Assembly: GCA_013362805.1 (NCBI GenBank)
Contig: JABFVL010000049.1
Span: 692-64,691 of the forward strand
Source of the DNA: Mycobacteriales bacterium
GTDB lineage: Bacteria; Actinomycetota; Actinomycetes; Mycobacteriales; QHCE01
DNA: 64,000 nt
Reading direction: 5' to 3'
Every line of letters begins with the position of its first letter. Within the stretch, counting starts at the first letter, position 1. The notes beneath the pieces were generated by a model. The model was not told the origin of the DNA and did no database searches. It was given only the letters and a program-made list of their open reading frames with translations. Both the position numbers and the translations under genes were made by a program. Positions 1 through 9,536 of the stretch are shown piece by piece.

Positions 1-963
1 CTAAATGACACCCCTTCTTATGGGCTCGTGCGCACCCGAGAAGATTTTGACGAGATTTTGGCTAAGCATGCCGAAAAATCGGGCGCGCGTCTGATGGAAA
101 ACGTCAATGTCACGGGTCCTGTGCTGAATGAAAAAACAGACCGGATCATCGGCGTTACTACCAAAGATGGCCGTGCGTTCGGTGCCCCTTTGGTGATTGC
201 GGCGGACGGAAATTCAAGCCGACTTTCACTGGCTATGGGTCTACAAAAACGCGATGACCGACCGATGGGCGTGGCAGTACGCACGTATTACCCTTCACGC
301 CGGCATGACGACGATTGGCTCGAATCATGGCTGGAACTGTGGGACGGCGACAAACTACTACCCGGCTATGGCTGGATCTTTGGCGTCGGTGATGGAACGA
401 GCAACATCGGGTTGGGCATGCTCAACACGTCGGATGCTTTCGGCAAAATCGACTACCGTGAGTTGCTGACCCGCTGGCTCGCCAACGTCCCTGAGTTCAC
501 CGGCGTTGAGCCCACTGGGCCTGTGCGCGGCGCCGCACTCCCGATGGGGTTCAACCGGACTCCGCACTACACCCGGGGCATGCTGCTCGTGGGGGATGCT
601 GGCGGCATGGTGAATCCCTTCAACGGCGAGGGGATCGCCTACGCCATGGAGTCCGGCGAAATCGCCGCACGCACCGTTGTGGACGCCCGCCGTCGTGCTA
701 CTCCCGGCGGTGCAGAAGAAAGCTTGCGCTCCTACCCCGAACGATTGAAGGACGCGTACGGCGGTTACTACACACTGGGACGCTATTTCGTAAAGCTCAT
801 TGGTGATCCTCGTTTGATGAAGGTAGGCAGCCGAGCTGCGCTCTCCACTCCGATGCTGATGAAGTTCACGCTCAAGCTTCTCGCGAATCTCGCCGAGCCA
901 CGTGGCGGCGACGCGATGGATCGAGTGATCAACGCACTCACCAAAGTGGCGCCGGCCGCATAA
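1..963 (+). CDS. geranylgeranyl reductase family / FAD-dependent oxidoreductase (5' end outside window)
   Basis: The frame stays open from nt 1 with no stop before the listed M at 28. The product has motifs typical of FAD-dependent hydrogenases: VIAADGNSSRL and LLVGDAGGMVNPFNGEGIAYAMESG. Stop is TAA at 961-963. Confidence 0.75.
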   Translation, partial: LNDTPSYGLVRTREDFDEILAKHAEKSGARLMENVNVTGPVLNEKTDRIIGVTTKDGRAFGAPLVIAADGNSSRLSLAMGLQKRDDRPMGVAVRTYYPSRRHDDDWLESWLELWDGDKLLPGYGWIFGVGDGTSNIGLGMLNTSDAFGKIDYRELLTRWLANVPEFTGVEPTGPVRGAALPMGFNRTPHYTRGMLLVGDAGGMVNPFNGEGIAYAMESGEIAARTVVDARRRATPGGAEESLRSYPERLKDAYGGYYTLGRYFVKLIGDPRLMKVGSRAALSTPMLMKFTLKLLANLAEPRGGDAMDRVINALTKVAPAA

Positions 964-1002
964 TCGTAGACGAGTTCGCTAATAGCGAATTATGCTGACC
1001 TG

Positions 1003-1383
1003 ATGAAAAAAGATCGTTCCCTGGCACGTCGCGCGCTCTCTCGCGTCGTTCAAGGACTCAAGGCTCCGTCCCTAGCCATTGGGACTTCATCGGCTTTAGC
1101 TGCTTCAACAGGTATTGCGCTTGGTTCTCCCGCCCTGGAAACCACAGCCTACGCGGCCGGGGCGGTGGCGCTTGCCTTCCATGGCTTGGGACGAACATTT
1201 GAATACTTCGTGCCAATGAAGCCGCTAAAAGATCGATGGAGCCGCGCCTTTCTTGGCTCGCACGGCGACCACCCTCTAAGAAGCACCGCAAGCGTGGGCG
1301 GAGGCACGGTCGGCCTCAGTGCCACGATGTATGGTTTAACGAAACTTGCGGAGAACATCACTGGAATCGGTCCCGATGACTAA
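1003..1383 (+). CDS. hypothetical small membrane protein
   Basis: 126-aa ORF with Ala/Gly-rich hydrophobic segments. I recognise no family. It is convergent with the next ORF. Confidence 0.4.
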   Translation: MKKDRSLARRALSRVVQGLKAPSLAIGTSSALAASTGIALGSPALETTAYAAGAVALAFHGLGRTFEYFVPMKPLKDRWSRAFLGSHGDHPLRSTASVGGGTVGLSATMYGLTKLAENITGIGPDD

Positions 1384-1562
1384 AACGTGAGCAACGCAAT
1401 CGGTGAGCTCAGCAATGGTGTTAGCTACACAAACGCGGCCTATGCGGTTGCCGCATTCGCCACCTTCCAGAACGCGCGCTATCACGGTCGGGAGAAGAGG
1501 GAAAACGCACCAGGCAAACACCGCAAACGGTCTCAATAGGATGTGACCGACATGGCGAGCGT

Positions 1563-2012
1563 CTAGGGAATTCCCCGCCCTGAATTTGGTTGTGAATCAC
1601 GGTGGTTGGTTATCAACCGCCAGCGGCCTAGCACGGCAACACCCACCACGCCAAGAACCGCTGGGACTTCTACAACACTTGCTGTGTTCGACATGGCAGC
1701 TGCCACATAAGGCGCCACCGGGGCCGCTACCAGCGAACTGACCTCCAGCGAACGCCGGTGAGCAAGACTCAACGCGGACCCAGACGACATTTTTGGTCTA
1801 CTCTCGCCCGCCTTCAGCGCCAAATACACCCCGATCGCGGTGGAGCCAGCGATATAACCGCTGCCTCCGGAGAAGCCGGCTGCTACGGCGAGAGGCATTT
1901 GCACCGCGGCGCCGAGAAGCGGCTGCTTGTCGAAATCACTTATCAATTCGCGAGCGACTCCCGTGATCACGCGCATCCGTGCTAGCAGCCGAGAACGAGG
2001 TAATTCAGCCAT
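1563..2012 (-). CDS. hypothetical membrane protein
   Basis: 149-aa ORF with several Ala/Gly/Val-rich hydrophobic stretches. I recognise no family. Confidence 0.4.
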   Translation of the reverse strand: MAELPRSRLLARMRVITGVARELISDFDKQPLLGAAVQMPLAVAAGFSGGSGYIAGSTAIGVYLALKAGESRPKMSSGSALSLAHRRSLEVSSLVAAPVAPYVAAAMSNTASVVEVPAVLGVVGVAVLGRWRLITNHRDSQPNSGRGIP

Positions 2013-2071
2013 TGGCTAAATCTAACGGACGGGTCCGGCAACGTTGGCGAAGCAGCGAATTTTGGACGACC

Positions 2072-2851
2072 CTAAGAGGCAGGCCTAGTCGAGGGCTCGT
2101 CAGGATCGATCTGCTCGTCTTCGCGCACTACCTTGCGCCCGTACCACACCGTATAGGCCATCGCACCGGCATATGGAGCGATGCCGAGGATTCGAGCGAT
2201 ACCCAAGCCCAGGGTCTGATCGCTCAAATAAAGCCACAGCTGCACGCCACCACGCAACACGAACATCGCGGCCCATACCCAGGACAACATGACAAAGGCG
2301 CGCAATAGCCGCGGTCGCTCACGCCAGTTTTCATGTGCACCCGCGACCAACGACCACGCATATCCCACAATTGGTCGGCTAATCACCGCCGACACCGCGA
2401 ACGCCAAGCCATATACGAAGTTCGTGATGATGCCCGGCAGGAAAAAGTCTTGGGCGTTGCCCGTCTTCGCAGCGATCATCGCGGCGAAGGCAACGCCAAC
2501 CGCCCCAGTTACCGCATGGCGGATGGTGTCTCGCTTTAGCAACCGATATATAGCGATCAAGGCCGCTACCCCAACCGCCGACCAAATCGCGGGCTTGAGC
2601 CCAGCGGCAATGTTAACCACCACGAAGATCAACGTTGGAACACTGGATTCGACCATGCCACGCACGCCGCCAATGCCTTCAGCGACCGCGTCACGCATAT
2701 TCAGCTCGCTGAGTTTTTTGCCCTCTACAGCATCCGGCAATGGCTCATCACCAGCGGTGGCAGCGGTAACTGTGGCCACATTATGTTCCACTTTTTCACC
2801 CAATGTGGGGTCGACCGGATCTGGCTCGGCGGATGTTGAGGGAGTATTCAC
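2072..2851 (-). CDS. DUF3159-type integral membrane protein
   Basis: 259-aa polytopic membrane protein in the conserved position downstream of the OB-fold gene in the dut cluster. Its start overlaps the upstream stop by 4 nt. Confidence 0.7.
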   Translation of the reverse strand: MNTPSTSAEPDPVDPTLGEKVEHNVATVTAATAGDEPLPDAVEGKKLSELNMRDAVAEGIGGVRGMVESSVPTLIFVVVNIAAGLKPAIWSAVGVAALIAIYRLLKRDTIRHAVTGAVGVAFAAMIAAKTGNAQDFFLPGIITNFVYGLAFAVSAVISRPIVGYAWSLVAGAHENWRERPRLLRAFVMLSWVWAAMFVLRGGVQLWLYLSDQTLGLGIARILGIAPYAGAMAYTVWYGRKVVREDEQIDPDEPSTRPAS

Positions 2852-3246
2852 GACGCTGCAGGCTCCAAGGTGTATTGCGGGTTATAGAGCACTTTACGGT
2901 CATCGTTCATGGCAATCCGCCCCACCACTATGACCGAACGTCCAGGCTCGATACCAGGAATACGCCTTCGCCCCATCCACATCAAGGTGATTGTGTCCGT
3001 GCCGTCATACAATTCGGCCTCCAACGTGGGAGCCTGCGAGGCAGGACTCACCGTGACCGAAGCCAGCCGCCCGCTAAGGCGAGCCCGCTCGCCTCGACGG
3101 CAGGCCCCAGCATGCTGGCAACCAATGCGTTCACTAGCGCGCTCCAAGTTCTGCGCGTCCAGCTCAGCATCAGAGGCCAGGACTTGCCGGAACCACGCAC
3201 GCCAACCAGATGCGCGCGCTGAGTTCGTCGACGTAGACATGCTCAT
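2848..3246 (-). CDS. OB-fold nucleic-acid-binding domain protein
   Basis: 132 aa. The C-terminal motif GRRRIPGIEPGRSVIVVGRIAMNDDRKVLYNPQY is typical of the small OB-fold protein of the actinobacterial dut cluster. Confidence 0.7.
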   Translation of the reverse strand: MSMSTSTNSARASGWRAWFRQVLASDAELDAQNLERASERIGCQHAGACRRGERARLSGRLASVTVSPASQAPTLEAELYDGTDTITLMWMGRRRIPGIEPGRSVIVVGRIAMNDDRKVLYNPQYTLEPAAS

Positions 3247-3269
3247 AGCCTACGTCGGCACGTAAACAT

Positions 3270-3986
3270 CTATCTAATTTCTGTGGTCTCTATCCCACGC
3301 ACTGGAGCGGCCATCCGCGGGCGCGCGTTCTTCTCCTCTTCGCCTTCTGCCGCTTGCCGCTCCGCCGCCTCAGTGACCTCCTGCGGAAGCTTCAAAAGCA
3401 ACACATCACCCGCTGGCATCGGAGATTCACCCCGAACAACAACAGTGCCTCGCACGACCTGCGTGAGCACCTCGGCATTATCTGGGTCACCCGCTTTTCC
3501 AGAGAACACGGCACGCAAGAGCCAACGGGGGCCATCTACCCCAATGAATCGAGCCGGTGTTGGGCCATTCGGCGTTTCCAGCACAGCGCGCAGCTCAACG
3601 CCAAACTCGCCATCGGCCTCACTGACCTGGCCACCACTCTTAGCGATCTCAGCCAACAGATCCGCGCGGGACTCAGCCCACAATCCCCCGCTCCGAGGAG
3701 CAGCGTAAGCCGTCAAATGAACCCCGCTGTTCTGATCAGACTCCATGACCATTACGCCAGTCACGGCGCCCTTATCACTGCTTTCCAGCCGCATTTCTGT
3801 GCCAGGGATCGGCGGGATACGCAGAGCGCCCAAGTCGATGCGCTTGCTGTCGTCCTCAGGCTCATCTTCAACATCAAAGGGCCCGACTAGCTCGACTTCT
3901 GGCTCCTGCGAGACGAGCTCATCAACGCTCACCCCGTCTTCCCTATCCGCTCCGTGCTTGCCAGATTTCTTCGAGCGAAAAAACAC
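3270..3986 (-). CDS. DUF3710 domain protein
   Basis: 238-aa acidic protein immediately downstream of dut. The dut stop is at 3988 and this start at 3986, which matches the conserved synteny. Confidence 0.7.
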   Translation of the reverse strand: MFFRSKKSGKHGADREDGVSVDELVSQEPEVELVGPFDVEDEPEDDSKRIDLGALRIPPIPGTEMRLESSDKGAVTGVMVMESDQNSGVHLTAYAAPRSGGLWAESRADLLAEIAKSGGQVSEADGEFGVELRAVLETPNGPTPARFIGVDGPRWLLRAVFSGKAGDPDNAEVLTQVVRGTVVVRGESPMPAGDVLLLKLPQEVTEAAERQAAEGEEEKNARPRMAAPVRGIETTEIR

Positions 3987-3987
3987 C

Positions 3988-4446
3988 TCAGACTCCTTTC
4001 ACAAGTTCCTGATGGCCACCGGTCGAACCATGCCCGCCATGACCGCGCACCGATTCTGGCAGCTGGGACACCTCAATGAACTCGGCGCGCGCTACCGGTT
4101 GAATAACAAGCTGAGCAATGCGATCACCTTTAGCGATAACGATGTCCTGCTCAGTATCAAGGTTAATCAAGTTCACCTTGATTTGGCCGCGATAACCCGC
4201 ATCGATCGTGCCGGGGGCGTTGACCATGGAAAGCCCTACTCGGTGTGCTAGGCCAGAGCGTGGATGCACGAACCCCGCGTAACCATCCGGGATCGCCACA
4301 GCAACCCCAGTGTCCACAAGAGCGCGTTGACCTGGTGCAAGACGCACACTATGGGCGGCACACAAATCAGCACCAGCATCGCCCGGTTGGGCGTATGCGG
4401 GCGCGGGCAGGTCGCCATCGAGCATCTGTAGCAAAATTTGCACCAT
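3988..4446 (-). CDS. dut: dUTP diphosphatase
   Basis: 152 aa with dUTPase motifs GDAGADL, HPRSGLA and GTIDAGYRG. Confidence 0.95.
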   Translation of the reverse strand: MVQILLQMLDGDLPAPAYAQPGDAGADLCAAHSVRLAPGQRALVDTGVAVAIPDGYAGFVHPRSGLAHRVGLSMVNAPGTIDAGYRGQIKVNLINLDTEQDIVIAKGDRIAQLVIQPVARAEFIEVSQLPESVRGHGGHGSTGGHQELVKGV

Positions 4447-4590
4447 AAATCCTTATCCTGCCCTCAGTGTGGTGGTGCCCCGCCACCCCATCGTCATCGA
4501 ACGGCCCAAAAGTGTTCGCCAGCCCTCGGTGACCTCGCATCACAGTGCCCGCGCAGAGAGCGCATAGCTCGCCCCTTAGGCTCATTCCTC

Positions 4591-5064
4591 ATGGAAGAAA
4601 CATCCAGTGACCGCACCCGCTACAGCGAGCGGCTCTCGACTCCCCTATGGATGTGGGCCTTGGGCTTAACGCTCGCGGGGCTCGCCGCCGCAGAAGTTCA
4701 TTTGGGTTACGGCGGAATCCGCTCGTGGGTTCCCTACGTCGTGTTGCTCCCGCTAGCTGCGGTTTTTTTGTGGTGGCTGGGACGTGTTCGCATTCGAGTC
4801 ACTGAAACGACGTTGTACATCGATGACGCGGTGTTGCCCCTCAACATCATCCGCGCGGTCACACCTTTGAGCCCAGCGGGGAAACGCACAGAACTGGGCG
4901 TAAACCTGGCTTCGGACGCGTTCATCATCAACCGCCCATGGGTGCGTGGCGCGGCCAAGATTGATATCGATGATCCCAACGACCCCACCCCGTACTGGAT
5001 CATCAGTACTCGGCGCCCCAAAGCGCTACTGACGATCGTGGCTGCTCAGGCAACAGACACCTGA
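4591..5064 (+). CDS. DUF3093 domain membrane protein
   Basis: I chose the ATG at 4591 (MEETSSDRTRYSERL...) over the listed start at 4438, whose N-terminus does not look like protein. Two TM helices are followed by a soluble domain. The gene is divergent from dut, as in other actinobacteria. Confidence 0.7.
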   Translation: MEETSSDRTRYSERLSTPLWMWALGLTLAGLAAAEVHLGYGGIRSWVPYVVLLPLAAVFLWWLGRVRIRVTETTLYIDDAVLPLNIIRAVTPLSPAGKRTELGVNLASDAFIINRPWVRGAAKIDIDDPNDPTPYWIISTRRPKALLTIVAAQATDT

Positions 5065-5083
5065 GCAGCCAGTACGTGGTGAA

Positions 5084-5386
5084 TTAGGCGCAATCTTTAC
5101 AGATCAACTCGCCGTTTTTGCCCTGCCGAGCGAGTTGGCTGCGGTGATGCACCAAAAAACAGCTTGCGCAGCGAAACTCGTCGTTTTGCATCGGAATCAC
5201 CTTGACAGTGAGTTCTTCACCGGAAAGGTCGGCGCCGGGAAGCTCGAAGCCTTCTGCGACTTCTGCCTCATCGACGTCTACGTTGCCGGATTGTGCTTCC
5301 CCGCGGCGCGCCTTGAGCTCGTCCAGGCTGTCCTCGCCCAGGTCGGCTTCATCGGTGCGCCGGGGCGCGTCGTAGTCGGTAGCCAT
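5084..5386 (-). CDS. DUF4193 domain protein
   Basis: Start is the ATG at 5386 (MATDYDAPRRTDE...), preceded by AGGAG. The protein has an acidic N-terminus and a C-terminal Cys pair (RCASC...CKDC). Confidence 0.8.
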   Translation of the reverse strand: MATDYDAPRRTDEADLGEDSLDELKARRGEAQSGNVDVDEAEVAEGFELPGADLSGEELTVKVIPMQNDEFRCASCFLVHHRSQLARQGKNGELICKDCA

Positions 5387-5614
5387 GTTTATGTACTCCT
5401 GTGTAAATTTTTGGATCAGCCGCGGCACACTCTGCAACGGGCGCGCAACCTTATCGTGTGGCGGCACCCTTCATACACCAGGGGCGCCGATATTGTTCCC
5501 GGTGTGACGCAACAAACAGATATGAGCTCACAGATACCCTGATGAGCAACAACTGACAAAATTTGTGCTGGCGAGAGGCCAACTGGCCAACATGGTGTGA
5601 GGCGGGAGTGTGCG

Positions 5615-6178
5615 ATGAGTTTGGCGCGAATGCGTTCGCTCATTGTGCTGGGGGTGCTTGGTGCCCTGGCAGCAGCGACGGTGGTATGGGCAATCACCCA
5701 CGATTCACAGGAAACTCCGGCCGACAAGATCTGCAAGGGCGCCATCAAGCCGGTGCTGACCTTGCCAGATCCAAGCCAGGTAAAACTGCGAATTTTGAAT
5801 GCCACCGATACCAAAGGGCTGGCGAGCAAAGTTCAAATCTCATTCGAAAAGCGTGGTTACACGCAAATTGAAATCGGCAATGCCGACGATGTGGTGGAGG
5901 GCTCCGCCCAAGTGCGTTATGGCCCTCGCGCGGCCGGGAGCGCCCAGCTGGTGCGTGGAAATATTGTGGGCGCCACGGTGCGCCCCGATAATCGCCGCGA
6001 TGATGTCGTCGAGCTACTCATCGGTCCCGAGTTCGCGGACAAGGTTCTAGCCGCCGACGAGGACGCCGACTCGGCCATGTTGGCCACTGACAAAGTCGAA
6101 GCCGCGACTCGCAAGCTAGGAAAGCCGGCTCTGGCAACTCCTAAGTGCGAAGAGGATGAAGATATGGACCGCGCTTAG
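5615..6178 (+). CDS. LytR C-terminal (LytR_cpsA_psr C-term) domain protein
   Basis: ATG at 5615 follows a GGGAG RBS. The product has an N-terminal TM anchor, then LRILNATDTKGLASKV...AQVRYGP, typical of the LytR_C domain. Confidence 0.65.
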   Translation: MSLARMRSLIVLGVLGALAAATVVWAITHDSQETPADKICKGAIKPVLTLPDPSQVKLRILNATDTKGLASKVQISFEKRGYTQIEIGNADDVVEGSAQVRYGPRAAGSAQLVRGNIVGATVRPDNRRDDVVELLIGPEFADKVLAADEDADSAMLATDKVEAATRKLGKPALATPKCEEDEDMDRA

Positions 6179-6972
6179 TCCGCTGTGTGGGCTGCCCACA
6201 AGGCGTCGTGGAAGGCATCAAAGAGGGGCTGTGGGGCGGCGATGAGCATTTCGTTGTCCCATGGCTGTCCTTGCCAGCCCCCGATGCGAATGCCCGCTTC
6301 CTGGCAAATCAAAGCACCAGCGGCCCCGTCCCAGATATTGACGTTGCGTTCGTAGAAGCCGTCTAGCCGCCCCTCAGCGACGTAACACAGATCTATGGCG
6401 CAAGCACCTACCCGTCGAATATCACGAACCTGAGGCAAAACCCTGGCGATCATGGCCCCTTGCTCACGGCGTCGGTCGGCGTCATAGGAAAACCCGGTTC
6501 CGATGAGAGCTTGACTCAGCTCCCGCCGCGGCGAGCCACCCAATCGCAGCTGGCCTCGCCAGGCGCCGCCTCCAGCATGGGCGTGCCACAGCTCTTCACT
6601 CGCCGGGTTGTAGACAACAGCCGCCAAAGCTGTGTCATCGATGTATGCAGCCAGTGACAACGCATATTGTGGGTGGCCGTAGATGTAGTTGACCGTGCCA
6701 TCAATCGGGTCGAGAATCCATCGCACTTGCCCGGCGCGTACCGGAGTGGCGACGCTTTCCTCGCCGATGAACGCGTCTTGCGGTCGCGCTTGACGCAATT
6801 GGGAGGAGACGAATTGTTCGACTTCGGCGTCCAACGCGGTGACAACATCGGTGGGAGTTGATTTGGTCGTCACGGCGCCGAGTGCGCGATCGCGGCCTTC
6901 CCTTGCAATTGCTCCACCAGCGAGGGCAACCGTGCGCGCCAACTCCAGCAATTCATTCGCGAGATCATCCAT
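6175..6972 (-). CDS. suhB: inositol monophosphatase family protein
   Basis: 265 aa with IMPase motifs FIGEES, LDPIDGTVNY and WDGAAG. It occupies the position next to sigA, as suhB does in mycobacteria. Confidence 0.85.
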   Translation of the reverse strand: MDDLANELLELARTVALAGGAIAREGRDRALGAVTTKSTPTDVVTALDAEVEQFVSSQLRQARPQDAFIGEESVATPVRAGQVRWILDPIDGTVNYIYGHPQYALSLAAYIDDTALAAVVYNPASEELWHAHAGGGAWRGQLRLGGSPRRELSQALIGTGFSYDADRRREQGAMIARVLPQVRDIRRVGACAIDLCYVAEGRLDGFYERNVNIWDGAAGALICQEAGIRIGGWQGQPWDNEMLIAAPQPLFDAFHDALWAAHTAD

Positions 6973-7262
6973 TTCACTATCTTGCTCTCCTCAACTGAGG
7001 GCCGTCGTGCGGGGGCAATTAGCCACCAAAGGCGTGTCGCCACGATTCCGACATTGACTACTAATGCCGATAAGGGTGGTGCGTGTCGACGCTTGTTCAC
7101 AAAGCAGCGTTACAATTCTTATCCAGCTGTCCCAAGTCGTGAGCACGGCTAGGGAACTTAAACCCAAACACGCCAGCATTTGTTGGCGTGCTGTCAATCT
7201 GCGTCGGCAATTGTTGACGTGTACAACCAAGCCGTAGCAGGCTCGCATCCGGAAGGTCATTC

Positions 7263-8759
7263 GTGACAACCGCTGACCGCACTCCCGCTCGGTCCCAGAT
7301 CATCTCTTCGCTTGCCGAAGCGCTTATCGCCCAGGCACAGCCAGCTCGCACTTTGTCGTCAACTGACGTCAAGGCAGCGCTTGGGGACCTGACCCCCAGC
7401 GAAGCCAAAAAGGTGCTGAAGAAGGTGAGTGAGGCCGAGATCACCTTGACCGTCGATGACTCGGCGGCCAGCCCGCGCAAGAAGGTGTCCGCTGCCCGCT
7501 CAGGCACCACCGCCGCAGCGAAGGCAACTACCGCTAAGGCAAAGAAGGCTGTCAAGAAAACCGCCGCCGGTGAGGACGACGAGTCGAAACCCGCTCAAAA
7601 ATCAGCGGCGAAGAAAGCAGTTAAGGGCGATGCCGCTAAGAAAGCCACGAAAAAAGCGGCCGAGCCTAAAAAGGGCGCGAAGAAGGGCGCCAAGGGCGAT
7701 GCTAAGCCCGATGGTGAGGATGTCCCCGCCGATGCCCTAGCTGAAGAAGAGGCCGCTGCCGAGTCGGAAGATTTCGACTGGGATGACGAAGATTCTGAGG
7801 CGCTGCGGCAGGCTCGTAAAGACGCGGAGATGACAGCCTCGGCTGACTCGGTCCGCGCCTATCTGAAGCAAATCGGTAAAGTGCCGCTGCTCAACGCCGA
7901 AGAAGAAGTAGAGCTAGCAAAACGCATTGAAGCTGGCCTTTACGCGGCTGAACGCCTTCGCATTGTCGAAGAAGAGGGCATCAAGCTGGAGACTCAGATG
8001 CGTCGCGATCTGGGTTGGGTGATGCGTGATGGTGAACGCGCGAAAAACCACCTACTCGAAGCGAACCTTCGACTGGTCGTCTCACTCGCAAAGCGATACA
8101 CCGGTCGCGGCATGGCGTTCCTTGACTTGATTCAAGAAGGCAACCTCGGCCTCATCCGCGCAGTCGAAAAATTCGACTACACCAAAGGCTACAAATTCTC
8201 CACCTACGCAACCTGGTGGATCAGACAAGCCATCACCCGCGCCATGGCAGACCAAGCCCGCACCATCCGCATCCCCGTACACATGGTTGAGGTCATCAAC
8301 AAGCTGGGTCGGATTCAACGCGAGCTGCTGCAAGATCTGGGACGGGAGCCAACTCCAGAGGAGTTGGCCAAAGAGATGGACATCTCTCCGGAGAAGGTGC
8401 TGGAGATTCAGCAGTACGCGCGTGAGCCAATCTCGCTGGATCAAACGATCGGTGATGAGGGTGACAGTCAGCTAGGCGACTTCATCGAGGACTCTGAGGC
8501 GATTGTTGCGGTGGATGCGGTTTCATTCACGCTGCTTCAAGATCAACTTCAGTCAGTCCTGCAAACCTTGTCCGAACGTGAGGCGGGCGTGGTGCGGCTG
8601 CGCTTTGGTTTGGCTGACGGCCAGCCTCGCACTTTGGACGAGATCGGTCAGGTCTACGGCGTGACTCGGGAGCGGATTCGCCAGATCGAATCGAAGACGA
8701 TGAGCAAGCTGCGACACCCCTCGCGCTCGCAGGTGCTTCGGGATTATCTGGACGACTAG
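7263..8759 (+). CDS. sigA: principal RNA polymerase sigma factor (group 1)
   Basis: GTG start at 7263 follows GGAAGG. The protein has a Lys/Ala-rich N-terminal extension, region 2 ([42 protein letters not shown]) and region 4.2 ([29 protein letters not shown]). Confidence 0.95.
   Translation: MTTADRTPARSQIISSLAEALIAQAQPARTLSSTDVKAALGDLTPSEAKKVLKKVSEAEITLTVDDSAASPRKKVSAARSGTTAAAKATTAKAKKAVKKTAAGEDDESKPAQKSAAKKAVKGDAAKKATKKAAEPKKGAKKGAKGDAKPDGEDVPADALAEEEAAAESEDFDWDDEDSEALRQARKDAEMTASADSVRAYLKQIGKVPLLNAEEEVELAKRIEAGLYAAERLRIVEEEGIKLETQMRRDLGWVMRDGERAKNHLLEANLRLVVSLAKRYTGRGMAFLDLIQEGNLGLIRAVEKFDYTKGYKFSTYATWWIRQAITRAMADQARTIRIPVHMVEVINKLGRIQRELLQDLGREPTPEELAKEMDISPEKVLEIQQYAREPISLDQTIGDEGDSQLGDFIEDSEAIVAVDAVSFTLLQDQLQSVLQTLSEREAGVVRLRFGLADGQPRTLDEIGQVYGVTRERIRQIESKTMSKLRHPSRSQVLRDYLDD
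8047..8282 (+). repeat. sigA copy of nucleotide tracts identical to sigB
   Basis: By direct comparison, 8047-8104 equals 17033-17090 (58/58 nt) and 8118-8282 equals 17113-17277 (165/165 nt). Confidence 0.9.
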
Positions 8760-9187
8760 TACCCTTCGTGCTGCAAACCCGACAGAACGACAAAATCGAC
8801 TATTCGGACATGAACCCATACCGAACGGTTGATCTTCTCCAGAGAAACCGACAGTTTTGGCCCGCGTAACCCCCGCCGCCGAAAGATTCGTGGCAGGCTT
8901 TTGCCAACCACCACGAATCGTGGCGGGGTCAGCACCACACAATGCGTAACAGTGGGCCTGATCACAACGATGATGAATCGCGGATAACGGACCGAACACA
9001 CGACGCAGGACTAGCACCACCTGAGTATGTTCAGTAGCCAAGATCACAAACGCACGACACCGGGAACACCAAAAGCACAACCGGCGTTAGGCAATATGAC
9101 AAAGTCGATGAGGCTTAACACCCCATCAAACGTCCAGCGAACTCGTCACCCGACGAGGCCGCACCCGAAGAGCACAAGGAGGCGACG

Positions 9188-9385
9188 ATGACCCCGACCC
9201 TCACCACGCCCACCGATACGGCGACGTTGCCTGTAGGCGAACGTTGCGACCGGTGCAGCGCGGCCGCCAAAGTCCGGGCTGTGCTCGCAGGCGGAGGCGA
9301 CCTCGTCTTCTGCGGGCATCACGCAAACAAATACGCAACCGAGCTAGAGAAAATCGCCGTCCACATTGTGCGCGAGGGCGACTAA
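9188..9385 (+). CDS. small conserved Cys/His protein (DUF7455-like)
   Basis: 65 aa with a strong AAGGAGG RBS. CDRCSAAAKV...FCGHHANKY looks like a CxxC...CxHH zinc-binding knuckle. Confidence 0.6.
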   Translation: MTPTLTTPTDTATLPVGERCDRCSAAAKVRAVLAGGGDLVFCGHHANKYATELEKIAVHIVREGD

Positions 9386-9397
9386 TCAATCAAGCAA

Positions 9398-9435
9398 GAA
9401 AGCCGGGCCGAGGAACCAACCTCGACCCGGCTTTC
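9398..9435. terminator. hairpin between convergent genes
   Basis: GAAAGCCGGGCCGAGG (9398-9413) pairs with CCTCGACCCGGCTTTC (9420-9435). This is a 16-bp stem with one mismatch and a 6-nt loop, followed by TTAC. Confidence 0.7.
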
Positions 9436-9536
9436 TTACATACATTCGCTCTTGAGCGGCTCACGCGCCCTTACAGCGGATTCAGCATGCCCCGGCAGGC
9501 CTCACAACAAGGCAAGGCCCACAACAGATCCAGCCG

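Noticed and set aside
7456-7740. 94-aa alternative-frame ORF rich in Arg/Pro inside sigA
   Set aside because: It is a frame-shifted reading of the Lys/Ala-rich sigA N-terminal region (GCN/AAG repeats). The sigA frame continues into unmistakable sigma70 regions.
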